From: a virus
Taxonomy: Duplodnaviria; Caudoviricetes
Virus record (IMG/VR): IMGVR_UViG_3300006735_000039
Span: 1 to 56,223 of that record
Length of the DNA: 56,223 bases
Strand: one strand, 5' to 3'
Made by a program: the position numbers and the translations under genes. Positions 1 through 9,999 of this stretch are shown here, piece after piece (position 1 is the stretch's first letter; each line of letters opens with the position of its first letter). Under the pieces are notes generated by a model. The model worked only from the letters and a program-made list of their open reading frames with translations. It was not told the origin of the DNA and did not search any database.

Positions 1-540
1 CTTTTCCTGGATACAGCCTTCGAAAGGATGTGGCACGCTAGACAGTGGGGCGAGGTGAAATACTTTCCTAGAAGGTACAATAAGGAGTCTGAGGATGGAA
101 TACAGCTAGTAAAGGGTGATAAGATATACTGCCACCACTTTTTAATAGATAATAGACAACCTCAAGACGTTATGGGTGAGCTATTATACTTTGTTAACTA
201 CGAGATGTGCTTTTGCGTTGTTAGAGATGGTGAGGTACACATGCTGAATCAGTATATACTGGTTACACCTATACTAGAATCAGAGGATAAGTACATGACT
301 AAGTCTGGTATAATGATAAAGCCAGAGGCTGAAAATATAGAACGCATAGGTAAAGTAGTAAAGACTAATGCTACCAGTGAAGATTACGGTGTTAGAGAGG
401 GGGCTGTTGTTACCTTCCTTAATGATGCTGACTACGAGATGGAGATAGAGGGCAAAAAATACTGGGTTATGCGTAACAGAGAAATAGAATGTGAATTACC
501 AAACTATGAAAAAGAACCCTTTGACATCGAAGTCTGCTAA
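1..540 (+). CDS. groES: GroES/Cpn10-like co-chaperonin, probably two tandem GroES domains; 5' part lies at the other end of the window
   Basis: C-terminal half reads ILVTPI..EDKYMTKSGIMIKPE..ERIGKVVKT..GVREGAVVTF..YEMEIEGKKYWVMR, a Cpn10 pattern. The frame is open from base 1 (LFLDTAFERMWHARQWGEV), so ATG 28 is probably internal. Confidence 0.75.
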   Translation, partial: LFLDTAFERMWHARQWGEVKYFPRRYNKESEDGIQLVKGDKIYCHHFLIDNRQPQDVMGELLYFVNYEMCFCVVRDGEVHMLNQYILVTPILESEDKYMTKSGIMIKPEAENIERIGKVVKTNATSEDYGVREGAVVTFLNDADYEMEIEGKKYWVMRNREIECELPNYEKEPFDIEVC

Positions 541-826
541 TCAAGCAGCAGTAGAGAGACTTGTTAATGCTGGCAGAAAAGCTTTTGACCTATTACTAGA
601 AGAGGTAGAGAAGCCTATAGACCCAGACCTACGTGACGACCAGGCTAGAAATGCTATGAAGTCTAAGAAGGAATGCTTTATGGATGCCAAAGACATACAA
701 GCAGAAGTGCAGAGACTGGAGGCTGCCCTGGCAGGAGAGGAGATTCCTGACGACACGGTAGATGAAGAGGCTACCTTTAAGGGTGGCTTTGCAGAAAAGT
801 TTGCTAAACTTAAAAATAAGAAATAA
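506..826 (+). CDS. Hypothetical helical protein, candidate terminase small subunit
   Basis: ORF 491..826, more likely ATG at 506. Small, helical, last + strand gene before the large terminase. TerS call is positional inference only. Confidence 0.4.
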   Translation: MKKNPLTSKSANQAAVERLVNAGRKAFDLLLEEVEKPIDPDLRDDQARNAMKSKKECFMDAKDIQAEVQRLEAALAGEEIPDDTVDEEATFKGGFAEKFAKLKNKK

Positions 827-855
827 AAAAAAGGGGCTCACGCCCCTTTCTCTTT
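826..855. terminator. Bidirectional intrinsic terminator
   Basis: A-run, AAGGGGC-TCAC-GCCCCTT hairpin, then T-rich tail, between convergent genes. Confidence 0.75.
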
Positions 856-871
856 GCAATATAATTAATAA

Positions 872-1864
872 TTAGTCAACAATATTAGTAGCATCAGTAG
901 AAGATGCAACATTTGAAAGACCATCATTAATGATTAAAGTGTCAAATCCTGGTTTACCCATTCCTTTTAACTTTAAATAAGACTTAGAGTCATCCTCGTA
1001 AGCATTCACAACATTCTTTAATCTTACAATTCCAGAAGCTGATGAGTCAGGGAAGCTAACAGTGTTTCCATTTACAGTTAAGCTTACAAAGTTTTCTGGT
1101 CCACCTAAAGCACCAATGTGCTGAACAAACTTTTCTAGAACTCCAGCAGAGTTGATAGAGGTCTCAGATTCTAAAATGTCAACAAATGGAGAATCAAATC
1201 CAGCATTGTTAGTTTTAGAAGCATCATACAAAATGTTCCAGTCATCACCACCATTTGTAGTGTTGTAAGAAAGCATAACTCTATCAGTATTAATAATTAA
1301 GTTGGAATTATGTTTAGCCGCAGTAGTAAAATCTACACCGTTCTTTTTGTTACACTCAATAATAAGTAATTGTTTCGACAAGTCTTGCACAGTATTGTTA
1401 CCGTGCCCCGGCTTGATTAATCCAGTGTTTAAAATAATCTCGATTGGTCTTCCAGACATTGTGTTGTCAGCGTAAATAATTTCAGCTTCAATTTTGGTAA
1501 CGTTAGCAGCAACAGTGCCGTCACTACTAATTCCTTGCTCAGAACCTCCGAGAGCAGCAGAAACACTAAACTTATCAGCATCAACTACAGTCTTGACAAA
1601 ATATATTCTATCAGCAAGAATGTTTGGTCCCTCTATTTCATCACTAAAATAAACAGCGTCATTAACCTTTAAACCATGCGCAGCTAATGTAATACTATTA
1701 TTAGAAGCAGTCTGAACAGCAGTAGCTCCAACCAAAGTTTCAATATCTTTAGCGTAGATAATGTGCTCGGTACTTAAACCAACTTTTTTGTATCCATCAG
1801 CTTCTTCGATTGTATAATCTTCAAAGCCATACTTTTTAGCTGTTACGGAAATAAAATTTGCCAT
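872..1864 (-). CDS. Hypothetical protein, paralog of 1883..2917; possible virion decoration protein
   Basis: 330 aa. Shares blocks with the neighbour: LSTEHIIY/LSSEHIIY, NKKNG, INTDRVML/INLDRVIL, DDW, FVQHIGA/FIQHMGA, NGNTVSFPD/NGNVVAFPD. Confidence 0.6.
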   Translation of the reverse strand: MANFISVTAKKYGFEDYTIEEADGYKKVGLSTEHIIYAKDIETLVGATAVQTASNNSITLAAHGLKVNDAVYFSDEIEGPNILADRIYFVKTVVDADKFSVSAALGGSEQGISSDGTVAANVTKIEAEIIYADNTMSGRPIEIILNTGLIKPGHGNNTVQDLSKQLLIIECNKKNGVDFTTAAKHNSNLIINTDRVMLSYNTTNGGDDWNILYDASKTNNAGFDSPFVDILESETSINSAGVLEKFVQHIGALGGPENFVSLTVNGNTVSFPDSSASGIVRLKNVVNAYEDDSKSYLKLKGMGKPGFDTLIINDGLSNVASSTDATNIVD

Positions 1865-1882
1865 TTGAAATATAATTAATAA

Positions 1883-2917
1883 TTATGATACTACGTGGTC
1901 TTCCATTGTTGCAGCTACAGCAGTAGTAATATTTTCATCAAGAGCTAATATAGTTGCTGATTTGCTAGAGCTTTTAAGAAGAAGCTGTGCTTTACCAGAA
2001 GCGTTATCAAATCCAGAAGAAACATTCTTACATCTAACTAATCCAGATAAACTAGTATCAGGAAAAGCTACAACGTTACCATTAATATTTAAAGAAGCTA
2101 AATCAGAAACTGCTGTTATCGCACCCATGTGTTGGATGAAAGATGTTGCAAGACCGTCTAAAGATGTTTCAATTTGTAGGTAGTCAACAAATCCAGAATC
2201 CAATCCTGCAAAGTTATGATTAGATGTGTCATAAAAAGTAGCCCAGTCATCAGCAGAAGCACCACCATCAATATTCCCTTCGTAAGTTAATATAACTCTA
2301 TCTAGGTTTATCATAAGGTTTACTTCAGAAATAGTATCAGCATCATAAGCAATACCATTTTTCTTGTTAACTTCGATAGCTCTTAACTGATTAGACTTAG
2401 CAGATAAACCAAAACCATCAGCAACATTAACACAAGGCTCAACAGTTACAACTTTGATTGGAACTCCACCATATGCTGGGTCAGCATAAATAAGCTCGCC
2501 TTGAACTCTAACTAAGTCTAAAGTTAAACTTGAGCCATCATTAGTAATGTCTTGTTTTGTGTTAGCATCATAATGAGCCTCTGAGCCATGTAAAAATAAA
2601 CCAGTTGCTCCTGTTGCTTTTACTTTAAAGATTTTTCCAGGAGTGTAGTCAGCAGAAGCAATGTCAAAAGTTCCTACAGCATCTCCAACCTTACCAATTC
2701 TAACGTACTCACCATCTGTGATTCCGTGAGCAGCACCAGTGGCAACAGCATCAGTAGCAGCGGTTGCTGTAGTAACATCTACACCAGTATCTGTTTCTAC
2801 ATTTGTTCCGTAAATAATATGCTCGGAACTTAATAGCATTGTTTTTGCGTCAGCTAGTTTGGTGCCGTATGTGTCACCGCCCCAACTTAGAACGCTTACT
2901 TTTATAAGATTTGCCAT
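1883..2917 (-). CDS. Hypothetical protein, paralog of 872..1864; possible virion decoration protein
   Basis: 344 aa, Ala/Thr/Gly/Asp-rich and beta-rich, collinear similarity to 872..1864. Confidence 0.6.
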   Translation of the reverse strand: MANLIKVSVLSWGGDTYGTKLADAKTMLLSSEHIIYGTNVETDTGVDVTTATAATDAVATGAAHGITDGEYVRIGKVGDAVGTFDIASADYTPGKIFKVKATGATGLFLHGSEAHYDANTKQDITNDGSSLTLDLVRVQGELIYADPAYGGVPIKVVTVEPCVNVADGFGLSAKSNQLRAIEVNKKNGIAYDADTISEVNLMINLDRVILTYEGNIDGGASADDWATFYDTSNHNFAGLDSGFVDYLQIETSLDGLATSFIQHMGAITAVSDLASLNINGNVVAFPDTSLSGLVRCKNVSSGFDNASGKAQLLLKSSSKSATILALDENITTAVAATMEDHVVS

Positions 2918-2949
2918 AATAAATAAATAAATAAATAATTAATAAAAAG

Positions 2950-2998
2950 CAAAGATAATTAATCCTGTTGCAACATACAATTAATCTTCGTACTTTTG
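2950..2998. promoter_or_regulatory. Divergent overlapping Bacteroidota-type housekeeping promoters
   Basis: TACTTTTG at 2991-2998 (+, toward terminase) and TATCTTTG at 2957-2950 (-, toward the paralog pair) both match the TAnnTTTG -7 consensus. Confidence 0.6.
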
Positions 2999-3019
2999 CA
3001 TATTAGTAGAATTTAATGT

Positions 3020-5077
3020 ATGCAAAACAAGCCAATCGTTATAAAAGATGGTGACGAAGGAGACGTGTTAAAAATATCTGATTTAGATATTTGCATTCCT
3101 AAGCAACCACCACTGGAAGAGATACTATTTAGTAATCTTTCAGATGACGAACAAAAGTGGAGTAGAACAGAGTTTCCTGAAGAATGGGAAGCAATGTCTG
3201 TTTCAGAAAGAGAGGCTTTCGCTTCTCAAGAGTTTGATAGAAGACTCAATGGTTTGTGGTTTATGAACAATGGTGTTCCAACATATATTACAGGCGTACA
3301 CTATTACTACATAAACTGGTGCAAGATAGATGTCGGCTACCCTGATTACAGGGATAGAGACAGAAGGTTCTTTACATTTTGGGAAGCATGCGTAAAAGAC
3401 CCCAAGTCTTACGGTATGGTTATGGTAAAACATAGACGAGAAGGTGCGTCTTGGAAAGGAGCAGCTATGGCTTTGTATTACATAACTCAAAACTTTAATG
3501 CTCACGGAGGATTGTTATCAAAAACTGGTAAGGATGCTAAGGATTTATTTGAAAAGGTTGTATATCTTTTCAGGGGAATGCCTGAGTTCTTTCAACCAAT
3601 CATTGATGGTACAGACAATCCAAAGTCAACTTTAAGTTTTAGAAAGCCTGGGGAAAGAATTACCAAAAATAACAAAAAAGTTTCTAAGTCTGAAGCTTTA
3701 GATTCTAAGATTGATTTTAGAAATACAAGAGATAACTCTTATGATTCTACTAAGTTAAAATTCTTCATGTCCGATGAAGCTGGTAAATGGAAAGAAGCTA
3801 GTTTAAAAAAGAACTGGCAGATTGTAAGACCTTGTTTAACACAAGGAATAAACATTTACGGAAAATGCTTTATGCCATCTACTGTTAATGAGATGACAGA
3901 AGGTGGTGACGAGTTGAAAGATGTTTGGGTTGATTCTGATATTAAAAATAAAGATGCTAATGGGTATACTTTATCTGGCTTATATAGATACTTTACTCCA
4001 GTATATGATGGGTACGAAGGATTTATAGATAAGTATGGCAACTCTGTTATCGAAACATCTGAATCTCCAGTTAAATCCGTGGAGGGACATATGATAGATA
4101 TGGGCTCAAAACAATATTTTGAAAACAGGAGAGAGGCTATAACAGATACTGCAAAACTTTCAGAAGAAAAAAGACAATATCCTTTTAGTTCTGAAGAGGC
4201 ATTTAGAAAAGAAGGTAATACTAGTATATTTGATTTAGAAAAAATATATCAACAACTAGATTACTTAGAAGATTACGGAGAGCGTTTAGTTACAAAGGGA
4301 AACTTTATATGGGCAAATGGAGTCCAGGATTCTGAGGTAACATTTAAGCCAGATAAGACTGGTAAGTTTATGATAAGTTGGACCCCTTCAGTAGATGACC
4401 AAAATTTATATTACGATAAACTAAACACTCCAGGTAATAAAGAAACAATAGTCGCAGGGTGTGACCCTGTAGACCACGATACAACGACTGATGGCAGACG
4501 CTCTGATGCTGCTGCTTATGTCTTTAAGAAATTTGGAATGGATTCTGAGCACGCTCACTCTTTTGTTTGTGAGTATTTAGCCAGACCTCCTAAAGTAAAA
4601 ATCTTTTACGAAGACATGGTTATGATGTGTAAGTTTTATGGTTGTGAAATATTAGTCGAGAATAATAAGATAGGACTAATAAACCATTTTAAAGAGAGAG
4701 GTTACGAAGCATATTTAATGCACAGACCTGAAAGCACACATACCAAGTTTAGTAGAAAGCAAAAAGAATACGGTGTTCCCACAACAGGAAAAGTTGTGAT
4801 AAACGCAATATCAGATTCTGTTCAAGCGTACATCTATGATTTTGTAGGGTATACTGAAGACGGAGATATAGGGGTTTGTTACTTCGATAGACTGTTGAAA
4901 GACTGGTCTCAGTACGAGCCAGAGAACAGAACGAAATATGATAGCACGATTGCTAGTGGATTAGCTTTAATAGCAGCTAACAAGAATGCTAAAAGAAAAG
5001 AAATAGAAAAGAAAGTGTCACAGCCTTTTGTTAGAAGGTATGATAACTCTGGTAATATGTCAAAACTAATTAGTTAA
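3020..5077 (+). CDS. terL: Terminase large subunit
   Basis: 685 aa. Walker A-like VKHRREGASW, Walker B FFMSDEAGKW, RNase H-type nuclease motifs (AGCDPVD, ILVENNK, YDSTIASGLAL). Directly upstream of portal. Confidence 0.92.
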   Translation: MQNKPIVIKDGDEGDVLKISDLDICIPKQPPLEEILFSNLSDDEQKWSRTEFPEEWEAMSVSEREAFASQEFDRRLNGLWFMNNGVPTYITGVHYYYINWCKIDVGYPDYRDRDRRFFTFWEACVKDPKSYGMVMVKHRREGASWKGAAMALYYITQNFNAHGGLLSKTGKDAKDLFEKVVYLFRGMPEFFQPIIDGTDNPKSTLSFRKPGERITKNNKKVSKSEALDSKIDFRNTRDNSYDSTKLKFFMSDEAGKWKEASLKKNWQIVRPCLTQGINIYGKCFMPSTVNEMTEGGDELKDVWVDSDIKNKDANGYTLSGLYRYFTPVYDGYEGFIDKYGNSVIETSESPVKSVEGHMIDMGSKQYFENRREAITDTAKLSEEKRQYPFSSEEAFRKEGNTSIFDLEKIYQQLDYLEDYGERLVTKGNFIWANGVQDSEVTFKPDKTGKFMISWTPSVDDQNLYYDKLNTPGNKETIVAGCDPVDHDTTTDGRRSDAAAYVFKKFGMDSEHAHSFVCEYLARPPKVKIFYEDMVMMCKFYGCEILVENNKIGLINHFKERGYEAYLMHRPESTHTKFSRKQKEYGVPTTGKVVINAISDSVQAYIYDFVGYTEDGDIGVCYFDRLLKDWSQYEPENRTKYDSTIASGLALIAANKNAKRKEIEKKVSQPFVRRYDNSGNMSKLIS

Positions 5078-5078
5078 A

Positions 5079-7367
5079 ATGTCTAAAAAACAAGGTATCT
5101 ATGCTGGCTATCCAAATCCCTTAGCCACACCAGAAGAGAAAATGAATCCAGATTATGGATTGCAATACTTCAGAAAAATGTATGCAGACTTTTCTGGAGA
5201 AGATGGAAGCCTTTACGGCTCTAGAAGAAGAAGATATATTGTCAACAGAGAGTACGCAGAAGGAATGCAGAATGTTGGCAAGTACAAAAAGCTTTTAGGA
5301 AATAATGGAGACTTATCTTACTTATCTTTAGACTGGTCTATCGTGCCAGTAATACCAAAATTTGTTGATGTAATTGTTGGTGGTTTAACAAATCAAGATT
5401 ACGAAATAAAATGTACTGGTATAGACAAGGTTGCGCAAGACGCTAAGATTCAAGAAGAGATGAGACTATCAGCTAAGATGATGCTTCAAGACTTTACTAA
5501 AGACCTGGAGGTTATGACTGATATTCCTCTTGGTGGTGATGAAAAGCTTCCTACTGACTCTGAAGAGTTGGAGTTACATATGCAGCTTAACTATAAGCAA
5601 GCTGTAGAGATAGCTATGGAAGAAGGCATTGACTTATGCTTCTCAATAAACAACTGGAAAGAAATATCTAAAAGAGTAATGAGAGACCTAACCGTTGTTG
5701 GGTTTGGAGCTACTAAAACCTATAGCGATAAGGATGGTGTTCATGTTAGATATGTAGACCCAGCTAATCTTGTTATATCACATTCTAACGACCCAGACTT
5801 TAGAGATATGTCTCATGCTGGAGAAGTTAAGTATTATACGATTCACGACATCAGAAAGATGGCTGGTAATCAATTCACAGAAGATGAGTATATAGAAATG
5901 GCTACAGTTTCTGCTGGAAAGTATGACAACCCAATAGATGTCCCAACTCAAAAAACATATTATAAAGGATACGAAATGTATCAGTATGATAGCTTTAGAG
6001 TTGCTGTATTAGATGGTGAGTTTAAAACAGTTGACAACATAAGACATGAGAAAAAATATAATGCACACGGCAATTATACCTTAAACAAAAGAGACTCTAA
6101 ATACAAATTACCTAAAAAATCTAGATACAAAAGAGAGATGCTAGATAATCCTGTAGAAATGATTTACAAGGGTAAGTATATTATTGGAACTGAGTTTATA
6201 TTTGATTATGGTAGAGCTGATAATATTATAAGACCTAAGTCTAACAAGAGCAAAGTTAGAATGTCTTATGCTGTTTATATGCCTAACCAAATAAACTTAA
6301 ACAACAAATCTCTTGTTGAAAGAATGATGCCTTTTGCTGACCAGATTCAGATAGCACATCTTAAAATACAACAACTAATTGCTAAGGCTAAACCAAAGGG
6401 AGCTGCTTTTGAAATAGGCTCGCTAGAAAACGTAATGCTTGGAGATGGTGGTGAGTTTACTCCACTAGATGTTCAAGATGTTTACGAAGCTACTGGTAAT
6501 ATTTATTACCGCATGCAGCAGGAAGATGGGAGTATGGGTAATCCAAATCCTATACAGGAACTATCTGGCGGTATTGGCGGAGCTCTTAATGAGTTGATGG
6601 CTATTGTTAATTACAATATGCAACAAATCAGAACAGTAACTGGTGTCAATGAAACTAGAGAAGGCTCTGCTCCAGACAAAGAAGCTTTAGTTGGTGTTCA
6701 GAAGTTATCACTACTTGCCTCTAATAATGCTACTAGAGGATTAAATCAGGGGTATCTTTCTATCATGGAAGGCTCAGCAAAGTCTGTTGCTTTAAGAATA
6801 CAACACTTTGTTAAGTATAATAAAAACTACATGGGATATATTAATAACATTGGAGACATGAACCTTAAAGCTATTGAGGTTACCGCTGATGTTCATCCTC
6901 ATGATTTTGGAATTATTATAGAAGCTTTACCAGACGAAGAAGAAAAAGCATTATTGGAAAATAACATTCAAATGTCTTTATCTCGTGACGAGTTGAGGAT
7001 AGAGGATGCTATTATGCTTAGAACAATAAAGAATGTTAAGCTGGCTAACCAAATGCTTATACTAAGAAGAAAGAAGTATAATGAGGAAAAGATGGAGATT
7101 GCTCAGCGTAACTCTGAGATGAACGCACAGATTCAAGAAAGAGCTGCTGCTGCAAAAGCGCAGTCTGATGCGCAGATAGAGCAGGTTAAGCTACAAGCTA
7201 AACAGGCGGCAATGCAGTCTGAGTTCCAAATGAAAGAAGCGTTTGCTCAAGCAGAGCACCAAAGAGAAATGGAAAGAATTAGAATGTCTGGAGATATTAA
7301 AACTGAGCATATAAAAGTTGCAAGCTCTGACATAGATTCTGACTTAACTAGAATAAGAAAAAGATAA
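5079..7367 (+). CDS. Portal protein
   Basis: 762 aa after terL. LDWSIVPVIPKFVDVIV, VRYVDPANLV, TGVNETREG motifs and a long C-terminal coiled coil, typical of Bacteroidota podovirus portals. Confidence 0.85.
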   Translation: MSKKQGIYAGYPNPLATPEEKMNPDYGLQYFRKMYADFSGEDGSLYGSRRRRYIVNREYAEGMQNVGKYKKLLGNNGDLSYLSLDWSIVPVIPKFVDVIVGGLTNQDYEIKCTGIDKVAQDAKIQEEMRLSAKMMLQDFTKDLEVMTDIPLGGDEKLPTDSEELELHMQLNYKQAVEIAMEEGIDLCFSINNWKEISKRVMRDLTVVGFGATKTYSDKDGVHVRYVDPANLVISHSNDPDFRDMSHAGEVKYYTIHDIRKMAGNQFTEDEYIEMATVSAGKYDNPIDVPTQKTYYKGYEMYQYDSFRVAVLDGEFKTVDNIRHEKKYNAHGNYTLNKRDSKYKLPKKSRYKREMLDNPVEMIYKGKYIIGTEFIFDYGRADNIIRPKSNKSKVRMSYAVYMPNQINLNNKSLVERMMPFADQIQIAHLKIQQLIAKAKPKGAAFEIGSLENVMLGDGGEFTPLDVQDVYEATGNIYYRMQQEDGSMGNPNPIQELSGGIGGALNELMAIVNYNMQQIRTVTGVNETREGSAPDKEALVGVQKLSLLASNNATRGLNQGYLSIMEGSAKSVALRIQHFVKYNKNYMGYINNIGDMNLKAIEVTADVHPHDFGIIIEALPDEEEKALLENNIQMSLSRDELRIEDAIMLRTIKNVKLANQMLILRRKKYNEEKMEIAQRNSEMNAQIQERAAAAKAQSDAQIEQVKLQAKQAAMQSEFQMKEAFAQAEHQREMERIRMSGDIKTEHIKVASSDIDSDLTRIRKR

Positions 7368-7368
7368 T

Positions 7369-7399
7369 TTTGTTTTTATTAACATAATTGTTAATTTTG
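7369..7399 (+). promoter_or_regulatory. Bacteroidota -33/-7 promoter for scaffold/capsid operon
   Basis: TTTG (7369-7372), 19 nt, TAATTTTG (7392-7399). Confidence 0.6.
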
Positions 7400-7431
7400 C
7401 AAACTGAATACTAATTTAATATATTTTAATT

Positions 7432-8499
7432 ATGGCTGGAATTGAAGACCAGATTGCCAAAAGCCTTGGTATGAATATTAAGGAAGAGGCAGAAACCAAT
7501 AACAATGCGGAAGCACCTCAAGCTGAAGGGGCACCAGTTGATAATACTGAGAAAGCACCAGAAGTTGCAGATGCTACGCAAGAACAAAACGTTCCTACAA
7601 ATACTGAATCACCTTCAGAGAGTGAGAGCCAAGCTCCAGTTCCCAGTTTTGATGAGTTGCTATCCGAGAAGAGTGGCGGCAAATACAAAAACTATACTGA
7701 GCTTGAACAAGCTTTGTCAACACCAAAACAAGATAGTCCAACGTTTGCTAACGAGCAGTTGCAAAAACTTAATGACTATATTGCTCAAGGTGGAGATTTA
7801 AAGAACTTTTTAGAAACTCAACTTAAGGATTATTCATCCATGTCAGAAATGGAATTGGTTGTTGAAAAAATGATGCATGATGACCCAGACCTGACTAAAG
7901 ATGAAATAGAACTTTTGTTGCAAGACAAGTTCAAACTCAATGAAGACGACTATACAGAAAGCCAAATTAAACTGTCTAAGATACAACTTAGAAAGGAAAG
8001 CAAGGCTGCTAAGGATTTCTTTGATAAGTTTCAAAAGGAAAACGAAATACCTAAAGCTGTAAAAGATAAAGAAGTAGAGAATGCTGCACAACAGCAACAA
8101 GCTCAACAACAACAAAAAGAGTGGGAGACTACTCTTGACAAAGAGCTTGCATCTCTAAATACTTTAGACTTTACACTAGGTGATGATAAAAGTTTTTCTT
8201 ACAAGATTGATGATAAAGTAAAGAGTGAGATTAAAGATTCTCTTCAATACATAAACAATTTTTGGAACAAATATATTAATGAAGATAAGTCTGTTAACTA
8301 TCAGTCTCTACTGAAAGACATGGCTCGAATCCACGCTGGAGATAAGCTTGATGCTTTTTTAGCTTCACAAGCTTCTTCACGAGGTAAAGAAGAAATGTCT
8401 CAAGAGCTTGATAATCCAACATATAATCCTTCTAGCAAAGATGCTAAGCCTGAACAGTCAAGTATGAGACAGCAAGTTTGGAATGAATTAAACAAGTAA
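7432..8499 (+). CDS. Capsid scaffolding protein (putative)
   Basis: 355 aa, acidic, disordered N-terminus then helical, between portal and capsid genes. Confidence 0.65.
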   Translation: MAGIEDQIAKSLGMNIKEEAETNNNAEAPQAEGAPVDNTEKAPEVADATQEQNVPTNTESPSESESQAPVPSFDELLSEKSGGKYKNYTELEQALSTPKQDSPTFANEQLQKLNDYIAQGGDLKNFLETQLKDYSSMSEMELVVEKMMHDDPDLTKDEIELLLQDKFKLNEDDYTESQIKLSKIQLRKESKAAKDFFDKFQKENEIPKAVKDKEVENAAQQQQAQQQQKEWETTLDKELASLNTLDFTLGDDKSFSYKIDDKVKSEIKDSLQYINNFWNKYINEDKSVNYQSLLKDMARIHAGDKLDAFLASQASSRGKEEMSQELDNPTYNPSSKDAKPEQSSMRQQVWNELNK

Positions 8500-8524
8500 T
8501 TATTATTTTTAAAACTATTTTATC

Positions 8525-9928
8525 ATGCCTTATACACAGAGCGGATTATTAAATGCGACTCCTACAGCTTACAAAGCGGCTACGACTCAGAACTACGTTT
8601 CTACGTTGTCTATTCACAAGCCTGAAGTAACTGAAGAGTTCGTACAACGATACGGAGACCAATCGTTAACTGGTCTTTTAGATGCAATGGGAGCAATGGT
8701 TCCTGCTGCTAACAAGAAAGTTCAACACTGGGAAGAAGACTTCATTCACCAGTTTGCAATTTCTCATGCTTCAACTGTAACAGTTAACCCTTCTTCTACT
8801 GGAGATAAGTGTGTTGTTGCTTTAGATGCAGCATATGTACAGAGTAGCTCAAGCATTTTCAGAGTAAATGACATTGTTGAGTTTACTTCTGGTCAAGTAG
8901 GTATTGTAACAGCAGTTGCTGCTAACGGTACTACTTTTGATGTTTATCCTTTAACTGCTTGGACTAGTACAACTGGTACTGATGTTTGTGCTGTTGGTAC
9001 AAGAATTATCATCACTGGTAATGCTTACAACGAAAACGTAGGTCAGCCTGACTCTATGGTTTCTAAGCCTTTAGCATACGAAAATGACATGCAGATTCTT
9101 AAAGAGTCTTATGTTGTTTCTGGTTCAGAGATGACTAACATCATTTACTTTGAAGTACAGAATCCTGAGACTGGAGAGTCTGGGTACTTATGGTACATCA
9201 AAGGAGAAGCTGACAGTTACAAGCGTTTTGTAAACTACTGTGAGATGCAAATGTTACTAGGTCTTAGAACTACAAACACTGACGCAACTTTCCTTGCTGA
9301 AGCTGCTATTGGTGATGGGTTCCAAACTTCTGAAGGTCTATTAGACTTTATTGAGAATGGTGGTAACGTACAAAACTACAACCAACTAACTGGTTTCAAC
9401 TTATCTGACTTCGATGCAATGGTAAGAACTTTATCTAAGAATCGTGGAGCTCGTGAGAACTCTATCTTCTGTGGTACTGACTTATCTTTAGCTATTGATG
9501 ATGCAGTTGCTTCTATGTTTGCTGGTGGTGGTGTTTCTTACGGAGCATTCTCTGGAATGGAAGAACTAGCTGTTGCTTTCGGATTCAAATCATTTATGAG
9601 AGGTGGATATACTTTCCACAAGAAAACTTATGACCCATTCAGCTACGCTGGAATGTTGGGTGCTGATGGTTTCAAATACTCAGGATTAGGATTCTTAGTA
9701 CCAGGTGATATGGGAATGGATGCTCAAACTCGTGAGCGTATCCCTGCACTACGTGTACGTTACAAAGAAGCTGGTGGCTACTCTCGTGAGATGGAGCACT
9801 GGTTCGAAGGTTCTGCTGGACTAGCTACTCCTACGAGTGGTACTGACCAGTTAAGATGTAACTATCGTACTGAGCGTTGTTTCGAAGGTTTCGGAGCTAA
9901 CCGATTCATGTTAATCAAGAAAGCGTAA
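8525..9928 (+). CDS. Major capsid protein
   Basis: 467 aa. QRYGDQSL, LWYIKGE, CEMQMLLG, EGLLDFI, GFKSFMRGGYTFHKK and YRTERC motifs resemble capsids of crAss-like/flavobacterial podoviruses. Followed by a strong terminator. Confidence 0.85.
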   Translation: MPYTQSGLLNATPTAYKAATTQNYVSTLSIHKPEVTEEFVQRYGDQSLTGLLDAMGAMVPAANKKVQHWEEDFIHQFAISHASTVTVNPSSTGDKCVVALDAAYVQSSSSIFRVNDIVEFTSGQVGIVTAVAANGTTFDVYPLTAWTSTTGTDVCAVGTRIIITGNAYNENVGQPDSMVSKPLAYENDMQILKESYVVSGSEMTNIIYFEVQNPETGESGYLWYIKGEADSYKRFVNYCEMQMLLGLRTTNTDATFLAEAAIGDGFQTSEGLLDFIENGGNVQNYNQLTGFNLSDFDAMVRTLSKNRGARENSIFCGTDLSLAIDDAVASMFAGGGVSYGAFSGMEELAVAFGFKSFMRGGYTFHKKTYDPFSYAGMLGADGFKYSGLGFLVPGDMGMDAQTRERIPALRVRYKEAGGYSREMEHWFEGSAGLATPTSGTDQLRCNYRTERCFEGFGANRFMLIKKA

Positions 9929-9942
9929 GCTTTTAAATATTC

Positions 9943-9976
9943 GAGGGGAGGGACTAACCTCCCTCCTCTTTTTTTT
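9943..9976 (+). terminator. Intrinsic terminator after capsid gene
   Basis: GAGGGGAGGG-ACTAA-CCTCCCTCCTC hairpin followed by a T-run. Confidence 0.8.
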
Positions 9977-9999
9977 AATTTAATTTAATTTATAATAAA

